From the human T2T-CHM13v2.0 reference genome, Homo sapiens: a stretch of 64,000 nucleotides of DNA. The stretch lies in NCBI RefSeq assembly GCF_009914755.1, contig NC_060948.1; one strand, 5' to 3'. The notes below the pieces were generated by a model, which saw only the letters and a program-made list of their open reading frames with translations, was not told the DNA's origin and did no database searches. Positions 19,225 through 38,552 of the stretch are shown here, piece by piece (the first letter of the stretch is position 1; the number at the start of each line of letters is the position of its first letter). The translations under genes were made by a program, and so were the position numbers.

Positions 19225-21329
19225 AGATCCATATTTTTTAAATGAAAAAAAATTTCAAAGGTACTCTGTTTGGTACAATAATCAAATGTATAAACTGAGG
19301 AATAAAACATAACCATGAAACCTACTTATAACTGCATATGGAAAATACAGAGGATAATTTTTTAAATAACATATTTTGAAAGCCTTAACTAGTAATTTGA
19401 AGAGTTGGCATTTGAAAGGCCAGTATGAATATACCTTCAAAGCAGCAACACAGGTTCCCCATGAGAAAAAGCAAACACAGTTAAAATAAAAACACAAAGG
19501 TTCAATCTCTTCTGACCTTTGAAAGACACAGCACAGACAGTGGTCCTTAGGACGAAGAGCAGGAGACCCCTAATTCCGTCACCATGGCGATAGGGCATAA
19601 ACATTGCTGGGTGAGGGCACAATCCACATTGTGAGGTCCAACTGCTGCCAGGAAGACAGGAGTGCTTTTACATAGACCGAAAGGTCATTGAAGGCTCAGA
19701 GTTTTGTTTCAAGAACTGAATCCCAAGCCCACACGTTATTAGGCTGCGCTTCTTAAAACAAGTTATGAGATGGGAAAAAGGGCACCCACAAACATACGTA
19801 TACATTATGTATATAATAATATACAGTATCATATATATAATATATATAACCTATGTATAATATTGTTTTACATCCTGCATCTTATGTTATATATATTGTA
19901 TAAAATATAATAATTGATAATATATAAGTTTTATAATTATACAATATGACATATAGTATATATTATAATTTATGACATATATAATATATGTTATATATCA
20001 TATATAGAGTATATTATACGGTTAATATACGTATTAAATATAAATTATACATTATATATATTATATATAATATATCTGTTATATATAATACCCATTATGC
20101 ATAATATATATATTATGTCTATGTTATATATAGTATAAAACAACATATAATAATATATAATTGTATATATAAAATGCGACATATAATATATATTATATTT
20201 TATAACATATGTAATATATATTATATATTATATATAATACGTTCTATGTATAATACCTATATTAAATATATATTATATGACTATGTTATTAATTACGTGT
20301 CACATGTGTTATATATTATATATTTTACATAGAATATACCGGTAACATACAATATATACTATGATACCTATAATGTATAATTTATTACATGTAAAATAAA
20401 GAATGCAATATATTATGTATAATTTATAATATACCATATGTGGAATGTGATATATGTAACATATAACATATGATATATGATATACAGTATATGATATATA
20501 ACATACAATATATGATTCCTAATATATATGGTATACAATATATATTTTATGATATGTATTCTATATGTTTTATATTCTGTTATATATAACTATTTGAAAT
20601 TATATATAACTGTATAATATTTTATGTAAATATGTAATATAATATATATAACTATATAATATATTATATATAACTATATATTATGTTATATACACTTTTA
20701 TAACATTATTTACATAAAATATCATAATATAATATATATTATATTATTTCATATTACATAATATATATTACATATCACCCAATATAACTAACATACATAA
20801 TATTATAATATAGATTATATTATGTTATATTAAATATCATATATATCATGTATCATATATTCTATAATATATATTACACATTATATAATATGTATGTTGT
20901 CTATTATGTGATATATATAACTATATATATAATTATATTTTTATACATATAACTAGATAAACATGTAATTCTACATATTTTCATTTATAATATGTAGAAT
21001 TATATAATCATATATAATTATTTATATTCTATAAAAAATTTTATCATTATATAAATTATAATATATAAAAATTATAATATGTACTACAAATATATATATT
21101 ATATATCATATATGATATAGTACCTTTGTTATATATCATAATACATATAAATGTGTATTATGTTATCTATAATTATATAATTTCATATATAAGATGTATA
21201 ATATGTATCATATATTATATATGTTATGTAATATATATAGTATATATAAGATGACACAGGATAAATATTATATACTATGACATATAAAATATATGAGGTT
21301 ATATGTTACATATAAGGCATAGCACATAA

Positions 21330-21644
<315 letters not shown>

Positions 21645-23749
21645 AGATCCATATTTTTTAAATGAAAAAAAATTTCAAAGGTACTCTGCTTGGTACAATA
21701 ATCAAATGTATAAACTGAGGAATAAAACATAACCATGAAACCTACTTATAACTGCATATGGAAAATACAGAGGATAATTTTTTAAATAACATATTTTGAA
21801 AGCCTTAACTAGTAATTTGAAGAGTTGGCATTTGAAAGGCCAGTATGAATATACCTTCAAAGCAGCAACACAGGTTCCCCATGAGAAAAAGCAAACACAG
21901 GGAAAATAAAAACACAAAGGTTCAATCTCTTCTGACCTTTGAAAGACACAGCACAGACAGTGGTCCTTAGGACGAAGAGCAGGAGACCCCTAATTCCGTC
22001 ACCATGGCGATAGGGCATAAACATTGCTGGGTGAGGGCACAATCCACATTGTGAGGTCCAACTGCTGCCAGGAAGACAGGAGTGCTTTTACATAGACCGA
22101 AAGGTCATTGAAGGCTCAGAGTTTTGTTTCAAGAACTGAATCCCAAGCCCACACGTTATTAGGCTGCGCTTCTTAAAACAAGTTATGAGATGGGAAAAAG
22201 GGCACCCACAAACATACGTATACATTATGTATATAATAATATACAGTATCATATATATACTATATATAACCTATGTATAATATTGTTTTACATCCTGCAT
22301 CTTATGTTATATATATTGTATAAAATATAATAATTGATAATATATAAGTTTTATAATTATACAATATGACATATAGTATATATTATAATTTATGACATAT
22401 ATAATATATGTTATATATCATATATAGAGTATATTATACGGTTAATATACGTATTAAATATAAATTATACATTATATATATTATATATAATATATCTGTT
22501 ATATATAATACCCATTATGCATAATATATATATTATGTCTATGTTATATATAGTATAAAACAACTTATAATAATATATAATTGTATATATAAAATGCGAC
22601 ATATAATATATATTATATTTAATAACATATGTAATATATATTATATATTATATATAATACGTTGTATGTATAATACCTATATTAAATATATATTATATGA
22701 CTATGTTATTAATTACATGTCACATGTGTTATATATTATATATTTTACATAGAATATACCGGTTACATACAATATATACTATGTTACCTATAATGTATAA
22801 TTTATTACATGTAAAATAAAAAATGCAATATATTATGTATAATTTATAATATACAATATGTGGAATGTGATATATATAACATATAATATATGATATATGA
22901 TATACAGTATATGATATATAACATACAATATATGATTCCTAATATATATGGTATACAATATATATTTTATGATATGTATTCTATATGTTTTATATTCTGT
23001 TATATTTAACTATTTGAAATTATATATAACTGTATAATATTTTATGTAAATATGTAATATAATATATATAACTATATAATATATTATATATAACTATATA
23101 TTATGTTATATATACTTTTATAACATTATTTACATAAAATATCATAATATAATATATATTATATTATTTCATATTACATATTATATATTACATATCACCC
23201 AATATAACTAACATACATAATATTATAATATAGATTATATTATGTTATATTAAATATCATATATATCATGTATCATATATTCTATAATATATATTACACA
23301 TTATATAATATGTATGTTGTCTATTATGTGATATATATAACTATATATATAATTATATTTTTATACATATAACTAGATAAACATGTAATTCTACATATTT
23401 TCATTTATAATATGTAGAATTATATAATCATATATAATTATTTATATTCTATAAAAAATTTTATCATTATATAAATTATAATATATAAAAATTATAATAT
23501 GTACTACAAATATATATATTATATATCATATATGATATAGTACCTTTGTTATATATCATAATACATATAAATGTGTATTATGTTATCTATAATTATATAA
23601 TTTCATATATAAGATGTATAATATGTATCATATATTATATATGTTATGTAATATATATAGTATATATAAGATGACACAGGATAAATATTATATACTATGA
23701 CATATAAAATATATGAGGTTATATGTTACATATAAGGCATAGCACATAA

Positions 23750-24064
<315 letters not shown>

Positions 24065-26169
24065 AGATCCATATTTTTTAAATGAAAAAAAATTTCAAAG
24101 GTACTCTGTTTGGTACAATAATCAAATGTATAAACTGAGGAATAAAACATAACCATGAAACCTACTTATAACTGCATATGGAAAATACAGAGGATAATTT
24201 TTTAAATAACATATTTTGAAAGCCTTAACTAGTAATTTGAAGAGTTGGCATTTGAAAGGCCAGTATGAATATACCTTCAAAGCAGCAACACAGGTTCCCC
24301 ATGAGAAAAAGCAAACACAGGGAAAATAAAAACACAAAGGTTCAATCTCTTCTGACCTTTGAAAGACACAGCACAGACAGTGGTCCTTAGGACGAAGAGC
24401 AGGAGACCCCTAATTCCGTCACCATGGCGATAGGGCATAAACATTGCTGGGTGAGGGCACAATCCACATTGTGAGGTCCAACTGCTGCCAGGAAGACAGG
24501 AGTGCTTTTACATAGACCGAAAGGTCATTGAAGGCTCAGAGTTTTGTTTCAAGAACTGAATCCCAAGCCCACACGTTATTAGGCTGCGCTTCTTAAAACA
24601 AGTTATGAGATGGGAAAAAGGGCACCCACAAACATACGTATACATTATGTATATAATAATATACAGTATCATATATATAATATATATAACCTATGTATAA
24701 TATTGTTTTACATCCTGCATCTTATGTTATATATATTGTATAAAATATAATAATTGATAATATATAAGTTTTATAATTATACAATATGACATATAGTATA
24801 TATTATAATTTATGACATATATAATATATGTTATATATCATATATAGAGTATATTATACGGTTAATATACGTATTAAATATAAATTATACATTATATATA
24901 TTATATATAATATATCTGTTATATATAATACCCATTATGCATAATATATATATTATGTCTATGTTATATATAGTATAAAACAACATATAATAATATATAA
25001 TTGTATATATAAAATGCGACATATAATATATATTATATTTTATAACATATGTAATATATATTATATATTATATATAATACGTTCTATGTATAATACCTAT
25101 ATTAAATATATATTATATGACTATGTTATTAATTACGTGTCACATGTGTTATATATTATATATTTTACATAGAATATACCGGTAACATACAATATATACT
25201 ATGATACCTATAATGTATAATTTATTACATGTAAAATAAAGAATGCAATATATTATGTATAATTTATAATATACCATATGTGGAATGTGATATATGTAAC
25301 ATATAACATATGATATATGATATACAGTATATGATATATAACATACAATATATGATTCCTAATATATATGGTATACAATATATATTTTATGATATGTATT
25401 CTATATGTTTTATATTCTGTTATATATAACTATTTGAAATTATATATAACTGTATAATATTTTATGTAAATATGTAATATAATATATATAACTATATAAT
25501 ATATTATATATAACTATATATTATGTTATATATACTTTTATAACATTATTTACATAAAATATCATAATATAATATATATTATATTATTTCATATTACATA
25601 ATATATATTACATATCACCCAATATAACTAACATACATAATATTATAATATAGATTATATTATGTTATATTAAATATCATATATATCATGTATCATATAT
25701 TCTATAATATATATTACACATTATATAATATGTATGTTGTCTATTATGTGATATATATAACTATATATATAATTATATTTTTATACATATAACTAGATAA
25801 ACATGTAATTCTACATATTTTCATTTATAATATGTAGAATTATATAATCATATATAATTATTTATATTCTATAAAAAATTTTATCATTATATAAATTATA
25901 ATATATAAAAATTATAATATGTACTACAAATATATATATTATATATCATATATGATATAGTACCTTTGTTATATATCATAATACATATAAATGTGTATTA
26001 TGTTATCTATAATTATATAATTTCATATATAAGATGTATAATATGTATCATATATTATATATGTTATGTAATATATATAGTATATATAAGATGACACAGG
26101 ATAAATATTATATACTATGACATATAAAATATATGAGGTTATATGTTACATATAAGGCATAGCACATAA

Positions 26170-26484
<315 letters not shown>

Positions 26485-28612
26485 AGATCCATATTTTTTA
26501 AATGAAAAAAAATTTCAAAGGTACTCTGCTTGGTACAATAATCAAATGTATAAACTGAGGAATAAAACATAACCATGAAACCTACTTATAACTGCATATG
26601 GAAAATACAGAGGATAATTTTTTAAATAACATATTTTGAAAGCCTTAACTAGTAATTTGAAGAGTTGGCATTTGAAAGGCCAGTATGAATATACCTTCAA
26701 AGCAGCAACACAGGTTCCCCATGAGAAAAAGCAAACACAGGGAAAATAAAAACACAAAGGTTCAATCTCTTCTGACCTTTGAAAGACACAGCACAGACAG
26801 TGGTCCTTAGGACGAAGAGCAGGAGACCCCTAATTCCGTCACCATGGCGATAGGGCATAAACATTGCTGGGTGAGGGCACAATCCACATTGTGAGGTCCA
26901 ACTGCTGCCAGGAAGACAGGAGTGCTTTTACATAGACCGAAAGGTCATTGAAGGCTCAGAGTTTTGTTTCAAGAACTGAATCCCAAGCCCACACGTTATT
27001 AGGCTGCGCTTCTTAAAACAAGTTATGAGATGGGAAAAAGGGCACCCACAAACATACGTATACATTATGTATATAATAATATACAGTATCATATATATAA
27101 TATATATAACCTATGTATAATATTGTTTTACATCCTGCATCTTATGTTATATATATTGTATAAAATATAATAATTGATAATATATAAGTTTTATAATTAT
27201 ACAATATGACATATAGTATATATTATAATTTATGACATATATAATATATGTTATATATCATATATAGAATATATTATACGGTTAATATACGTATTAAATA
27301 TAAATTATACATTATATATATTATATATAATATATCTGTTATATATAATACCCATTATGCAAAATATATATATTATGTCTATGTTATATATAGTATAAAA
27401 CAACATATAATAATATATAATTGTATATATAAAATGCGACATATAATATATATTATATTTTATAACATATGTAATATATATTATATATTATATATAATAC
27501 GTTGTATGTATAATACCTATATTAAATATATATTATATGACTATGTTATTAATTACATGTCACATGTGTTATATATTATATATTTTACATAGAATATACC
27601 GGTTACATACAATATATACTATGTTACCTATAATGTATAATTTATTACATGTAAAATAAAGAATGCAATATATTATGTATAATTTATAATATACCATATG
27701 TGGAATGTGATATATATAACATATAATATATGATATATGATGTACAGTATATGATATATAACATACAATATATGATTCCTAATATATATGGTATACAATA
27801 TATATTTTATGATATGTATTCTATATGTTTTATATTCTGTTATATATAACTATTTGAAATTATATATAACTGTATAATATTTTATGTAAATATGTAATAT
27901 AATATATATAACTATATAATATATTATAAATAACTATATATTATGTTATATATACTTTTATAACATAATTTACATAAAATATCATAATATAATATATATT
28001 ATATTATTTCATATTACATAATATATATTACATATCACCCAATATAACTAACATACATAATATTATAATATACATTATATTATGTTATATTAAATATCAT
28101 ATATATCATGTATCATATATTCTATAATATATATTACACATTATATAATATGTATGTTGTCTATTATGTGATATATATAACTATATATATAATTATATTT
28201 TTATACATATAACTAGATAAACATGTAATTCTACATATTTTCATTTATAAAATGTAGAATTATATAATCATATATAATTATTTATATTCTATAAAAAATT
28301 TTATCATTATACAAATTATAATATATAAAAATTATAATATGTACTACAAATATATATATTATATATCATATATGATATAGTACCTTTGTTATATATCATA
28401 ATACATATAAATGTGTATTATGTTATCTATAATTATATAATTTCATATATAAGATGTATAATATGTATCATATATTATATATGTTATGTAATATATATAG
28501 TATATATAAGATGACACAGGATAAATATTATATACTATGACATATAAAATATATGAGGTTATATGTTACATATAAGGCATAGCACATAACATGTAATATA
28601 TATCATATATAA

Positions 28613-28904
28613 TTTTTTTTTAGACAGAATCTTGTCCTGTTGCACAGGGTGGGGTACAATGGCGCCATCTTTGTTCACTGCAACTTCTGTCTCACGGGTC
28701 CAAGCGATTGTCCTCCCTCAGCCTCCCAGGTAGCTGGGACTACACCACACTGGGACTACACCAGCTGCCACCATGCCTAGCTAATTTTTTGGATTTTTAG
28801 TAGTGACAGCGTTTCACTGTATTGGCCAGGATGGTCTTGATCTCTTCACCTTGTGATCCCCTTGCCTTGGCCTCCAAATTTGCTGGGATTACAGGCCTGA
28901 GCCA
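28613..28904 (-). mobile_element. Alu copy, U12
   Basis: Same as the U1 Alu; two private C>T changes. Confidence 0.95.
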
Positions 28905-31000
28905 AGATCCATATTTTTTAAATGAAAAAAAATTTCAAAGGTACTCTGCTTGGTACAATAATCAAATGTATAAACTGAGGAATAAAACATAACCATGAAA
29001 CCTACTTATAACTGCATATGGAAAATACAGAGGATAATTTTTTAAATAACATATTTTGAAAGCCTTAACTAGTAATTTGAAGAGTTGGCATTTGAAAGGC
29101 CAGTATGAATATACCTTCAAAGCAGCAACACAGGTTCCCCATGAGAAAAAGCAAACACAGGGAAAATAAAAACACAAAGGTTCAATCTCTTCTGACCTTT
29201 GAAAGACACAGCACAGACAGTGGTCCTTAGGACGAAGAGCAGGAGACCCCTAATTCCGTCACCATGGCGATAGGGCATAAACATTGCTGGGTGAGGGCAC
29301 AATCCACATTGTGAGGTCCAACTGCTGCCAGGAAGACAGGAGTGCTTTTACATAGACCGAAAGGTCATTGAAGGCTCAGAGTTTTGTTTCAAGAACTGAA
29401 TCCCAAGCCCACACGTTATTAGGCTGCGCTTCTTAAAACAAGTTATGAGATGGGAAAAAGGGCACCCACAAACATACGTATACATTATGTATATAATAAT
29501 ATACAGTATCATATATATAATATATATAACCTATGTATAATATTGTTTTACATCCTGCATCTTATGTTATATATATTGTATAAAATATAATAATTGATAA
29601 TATATAAGTTTTATAATTATACAATATGACATATAGTATATATTATAATTTATGACATATATAATATATGTTATATATCATATATAGAATATATTATACG
29701 GTTAATATACGTATTAAATATAAATTATACATTATATATATTATATATAATATATCTGTTATATATAATACCCATTATGCATAATATATATATTATGTCT
29801 ATGTTATATATAGTATAAAACAACATATAATAATATATAATTGTATATATAAAATGCGACATATAATATATATTATATTTTATAACATATGTAATATATA
29901 TTATATATAATACGTTGTATGTATAATACCTATATTAAATATATATTATATGACTATGTTATTAATTACATGTCACATGTGTTATATATTATATATTTTA
30001 CATAGAATATACCGGTTACATACAATATATACTATGTTACCTATAATGTATAATTTATTACATGTAAAATAAAGAATGCAATATATTATGTAAAATTTAT
30101 AATATACAATATGTGGAATGTGATATATATAACAAATAATATATGATATATGATATACAGTATATGATATATAACATACAATATATGATTCCTAATATAT
30201 ATGGTATACAATATATATTTTATGATATGTATTCTATATGTTTTATATTCTGTTATATATAACTATTTGAAATTATATATAACTGTATAATATTTTATGT
30301 AAATATGTAATATAATATATAACTATATAATATATTATATATAACTATATATTATGTTATATATACTTTTATAACATAACTTACATAAAATATCATAATA
30401 TAATATATATTATATTATTTCATATTACATAATATATACTACATATCACCCAATATAACTAACATACATAATATTATAATATAGATTATATTGTGTTATA
30501 TTAAATATCATATATATCATGTATCATATATTCTATAATATATATTACACATTATATAATATGTATGTTGTCTATTATGTGATATATATAACTATATATA
30601 TAATTATATTTTTATACATATAACTAGATAAACATGTAATTCTACATATTTTCATTTATAAAATGTAGAATTATATAATCATATATAATTATTTATATTC
30701 TATAAAAAATTTTATCATTATACAAATTATAATATATAAAAATTATAATATGTACTACAAATATATATATTATATATCATATATGATATAGTACCTTTGT
30801 TATATATCATAATACATATAAATGTGTGTTATGTTATCTATAATTATATAATTTCATATATAAGATGTATAATATGTATCATATATTATATATGTTATGT
30901 AATATATATAGTATATATAAGATGACACAGGATAAATATTATATACTATGACATATAAAATATATGAGGTTATATGTTATATATAAGGCATAGCACATAA

Positions 31001-31315
<315 letters not shown>

Positions 31316-33411
31316 AGATCCATATTTTTTAAATGAAAAAAAATTTCAAAGGTACTCTGCTTGGTACAATAATCAAATGTATAAACTGAGGAATAAAACA
31401 TAACCATGAAACCTACTTATAACTGCATATGGAAAATACAGAGGATAATTTTTTAAATAACATATTTTGAAAGCCTTAACTAGTAATTTGAAGAGTTGGC
31501 ATTTGAAAGGCCAGTATGAATATACCTTCAAAGCAGCAACACAGGTTCCCCATGAGAAAAAGCAAACACAGGGAAAATAAAAACACAAAGGTTCAATCTC
31601 TTCTGACCTTTGAAAGACACAGCACAGACAGTGGTCCTTAGGACGAAGAGCAGGAGACCCCTAATTCCGTCACCATGGCGATAGGGCATAAACATTGCTG
31701 GGTGAGGGCACAATCCACATTGTGAGGTCCAACTGCTGCCAGGAAGACAGGAGTGCTTTTACATAGACCGAAAGGTCATTGAAGGCTCAGAGTTTTCTTT
31801 CAAGAACTGAATCCCAAGCCCACACGTTATTAGGCTGCGCTTCTTAAAACAAGTTATGAGATGGGAAAAAGGGCACCCACAAACATACGTATACATTATG
31901 TATATAATAATATACAGTATCATATATATAATATATATAACCTATGTATAATATTGTTTTACATCCTGCATCTTATGTTATATATATTGTATAAAATATA
32001 ATAATTGATAATATATAAGTTTTATAATTATACAATATGACATATAGTATATATTATAATTTATGACATATATAATATATGTAATATATCATATATAGAA
32101 TATATTATACGGTTAATATACGTATTAAATATAAATTATACATTATATATATTATATATAATATATCTGTTATATATAATACCCATTATGCATAATATAT
32201 ATATTATGTCTATGTTATATATAGTATAAAACAACATATAATAATATATAATTGTATATATAAAATGCGACATATAATATATATTATATTTTATAACATA
32301 TGTAATATATATTATATATAATACGTTGTATGTATAATAACTATATTAAATATATATTATATGACTATGTTATTAATTACATGTCACATGTGTTATATAT
32401 TATATATTTTACATAGAATATACCGGTTACATACAATATATACTATGTTACCTATAATGTATAATTTATTACATGTAAAATAAAGAATGCAATATATTAT
32501 GTAAAATTTATAATATACAATATGTGGAATGTGATATATATAACATATAATATATGATATATGATATACAGTATATGATATATAACATACAATATATGAT
32601 TCCTAATATATATGGTATACAATATATATTTTATGATATGTATTCTATATGTTTTATATTCTGTTATATATAACTATTTGAAATTATATATAACTGTATA
32701 ATATTTTATGTAAATATGTAATATAATATATAACTATATAATATATTATATATAACTATATATTATGTTATATATACTTTTATAACATAATTTACATAAA
32801 ATATCATAATATAATATATACTATATTATTTCATATTACATAATATATACTACATATCACCCAATATAACTAACATACATAATATTATAATATAGATTAT
32901 ATTGTGTTATATTAAATATCATATATATCATGTATCATATATTCTATAATATATATTACACATTATATAGTATGTATGTTGTCTATTATGTGATATATAT
33001 AACTATATATATAATTATATTTTTATACATATAACTAGATAAACATGTAATTCTACATATTTTCATTTATAAAATGTAGAATTATATAATCATATATAAT
33101 TATTTATATTCTATAAAAAATTTTATCATTATACAAATTATAATATATAAAAATTATAATATGTACTACAAATATATATATTATATATCATATATGATAT
33201 AGTACCTTTGTTATATATCATAATACATATAAATGTGTATTATGTTATCTATAATTATATAATTTCATATATAAGATGTATAATATGTATCATATATTAT
33301 ATATGTTATGTAATATATATAGTATATATAAGATGACACAGGATAAATATTATATACTATGACATATAAAATATATGAGGTTATATGTTATATATAAGGC
33401 ATAGCACATAA

Positions 33412-33726
<315 letters not shown>

Positions 33727-35824
33727 AGATCCATATTTTTTAAATGAAAAAAAATTTCAAAGGTACTCTGCTTGGTACAATAATCAAATGTATAAACTGA
33801 GGAATAAAACATAACCATGAAACCTACTTATAACTGCATATGGAAAATACAGAGGATAATTTTTTAAATAACATATTTTGAAAGCCTTAACTAGTAATTT
33901 GAAGAGTTGGCATTTGAAAGGCCAGTATGAATATACCTTCAAAGCAGCAACACAGGTTCCCCATGAGAAAAAGCAAACACAGGGAAAATAAAAACACAAA
34001 GGTTCAATCTCTTCTGACCTTTGAAAGACACAGCACAGACAGTGGTCCTTAGGACGAAGAGCAGGAGACCCCTAATTCCGTCACCATGGCGATAGGGCAT
34101 AAACATTGCTGGGTGAGGGCACAATCCACATTGTGAGGTCCAACTGCTGCCAGGAAGACAGGAGTGCTTTTACATAGACCGAAAGGTCATTGAAGGCTCA
34201 GAGTTTTGTTTCAAGAACTGAATCCCAAGCCCACACGTTATTAGGCTGCGCTTCTTAAAACAAGTTATGAGATGGGAAAAAGGGCACCCACAAACATACG
34301 TATACATTATGTATATAATAATATACAGTATCATATATATAATATATATAACCTATGTATAATATTGTTTTACATCCTGCATCTTATGTTATATATATTG
34401 TATAAAATATAATAATTGATAATATATAAGTTTTATAATTATACAATATGACATATAGTATATATTATAATTTATGACATATATAATATATGTTATATAT
34501 CATATATAGAATATATTATACGGTTAATATACGTATTAAATATAAATTATACATTATATATATTATATATAATATATCTGTTATATATAATACCCATTAT
34601 GCATAATATATATATTATGTCTATGTTATATATAGTATAAAACAACATATAATAATATATAATTGTATATATAAAATGCGACATATAATATATATTATAT
34701 TTTATAACATATGTAATATATATTATATATAATACGTTGTATGTATAATACCTATATTAAATATATATTATATGACTATGTTATTAATTACATGTCACAT
34801 GTGTTATATATTATATATTTTACATAGAATATACCGGTTACATACAATATATACTATGTTACCTATAATGTATAATTTATTACATGTAAAATAAAGAATG
34901 CAATATATTATGTAAAATTTATAATATACAATATGTGGAATGTGATATATATAACATATAATATATGATATATGATATACATTATATGATATATAACATA
35001 CAATATATGATTCCTAATATATATGGTATACAATATATATTTTATGATATGTATTCTATATGTTTTATATTCTGTTATATATAACTATTTGAAATTATAT
35101 ATAACTGTATAATATTTTATGTAAATATGTTATATAATATATATAACTATATAATATATTATATATAACTATATATTATGTTATATATACTTTTATAACA
35201 TAATTTACATAAAATATCATAATATAATATATATTATATTATTTCATATTACATAATATATATTACATATCACCCAATATAACTAACATACATAATATTA
35301 TAATATACATTATATTATGTTATATTAAATATCATATATATCAGGTATCATATATTCTATAATATATATTACACATTATATAATATGTATGTTGTCTATT
35401 ATGTGATATATATAACTATATATATAATTATATTTTTATACATATAACTAGATAAACATGTAATTCTACATATTTTCATTTATAATATGTAGAATTATAT
35501 AATCATATATAATTTTTTATATTCTATAAAAAATTTTATCATTATATAAATTATAATATATAAAAATTATAATATGTACTACAAATATATATATTATATA
35601 TCATATATGATATAGTACCTTTGTTATATATCATAATACATATAAATGTGTATTATGTTATCTATAATTATATAATTTCATATATAAGATGTATAATATG
35701 TATCATATATTATATATGTTATGTAATATATATAGTATATATAATATGACACAGGATAAATATTATATACTATGACATATTAAATATATGAGGTTATATG
35801 TTACATATAAGGCATAGCACATAA

Positions 35825-36139
<315 letters not shown>

Positions 36140-38237
36140 AGATCCATATTTTTTAAATGAAAAAAAATTTCAAAGGTACTCTGCTTGGTACAATAATCAA
36201 ATGTATAAACTGAGGAATAAAACATAACCATGAAACCTACTTATAACTGCATATGGAAAATACAGAGGATAATTTTTTAAATAACATATTTTGAAAGCCT
36301 TAACTAGTAATTTGAAGAGTTGGCATTTGAAAGGCCAGTATGAATATACCTTCAAAGCAGCAACACAGGTTCCCCATGAGAAAAAGCAAACACAGGGAAA
36401 ATAAAAACACAAAGGTTCAATCTCTTCTGACCTTTGAAAGACACAGCACAGACAGTGGTCCTTAGGACGAAGAGCAGGAGACCCCTAATTCCGTCACCAT
36501 GGCGATAGGGCATAAACATTGCTGGGTGAGGGCACAATCCACATTGTGAGGTCCAACTGCTGCCAGGAAGACAGGAGTGCTTTTACATAGACCGAAAGGT
36601 CATTGAAGGCTCAGAGTTTTGTTTCAAGAACTGAATCCCAAGCCCACACGTTATTAGGCTGCGCTTCTTAAAACAAGTTATGAGATGGGAAAAAGGGCAC
36701 CCAAAAACATACGTATACATTATGTATATAATAATATACAGTATCATATATATAATATATATAACCTATGTATAATATTGTTTTACATCCTGCATCCTAT
36801 GTTATATATATTGTATAAAATATAATAATTGATAATATATAAGTTTTATAATTATACAATATGACATATAGTATATATTATAATTTATGACATATATAAT
36901 ATATGTTATATATCATATATAGAATATATTATACGGTTAATATACGTATTAAATATAAATTATACATTATATATATTATATATAATATATCTGTTATATA
37001 TAATACCCATTATGCATAAAATATATATTATGTCTATGTTATATATAGTATAAAACAACATATAATAATATATAATTGTATATATAAAATGCGACATATA
37101 ATATATATTTTATTTTATAACATATGTAATATGTATTATATATAATACGTTGTATGTATAATACCTATATTAAATATATATTATATGACTATGTTATTAA
37201 TTACATGTCACATGTGTTATATATTATATATTTTACATAGAATATACCGGTTACATACAATATATACTATGTTACCTATAATGTATAATTTATTACATGT
37301 AAAATAAAGAATGCAATATATTATGTAAAATTTATAATATACAATATGTGGAATGTGATATATATAACATATAATATATGATATATGATATACAGTATAT
37401 GATATATAACATACAATATATGATTCCTAATATATATGGTATACAATATATATTTTATGATATGTATTCTATATGTTTTATATTCTGTTATATTTAACTA
37501 TTTGAAATTATATATAACTGTATAATATTTTATGTAAATATGTAATATAATATATATAACTATATAATATATTATATATAACTATATATTATGTTATATA
37601 TACTTTTATAACATAATTTACATAAAATATCATAATATAATATATATTATATTATTTCATATTACATAATATATATTACATATCACCCAATATAACTAAC
37701 ATACATAATATTATAATATAGATTATATTATGTTATATTAAATATCATATATATCATGTATCATATATTCTATAATATATATTACACATTATATAATATG
37801 TATGTTGTCTATTATGTGATATATATAACTATATATATAATTATATTTTTATACATATAACTAGATAAACATGTAATTCTACATGTTTTCATTTATAATA
37901 TGTAGAATTATATAATCATATATAATTATTTATATTCTATAAAAAATTTTATCATTATATAAATTATAATATATAAAAATTATAATATGTACTACAAATA
38001 TATATATTATATATCATATATGATATAGTACCTTTGTTATATATCATAATACATATAAATGTGTATTATGTTATCTATAATTATATAATTTCATATATAA
38101 GATGTATAATATGTATCATATATTATATATGTTATGTAATATATATAGTATATATAATATGACACAGGATAAATATTATATACTATGACATATTAAATAT
38201 ATGAGGTTATATGTTACATATAAGGCATAGCACATAA

Positions 38238-38552
<315 letters not shown>
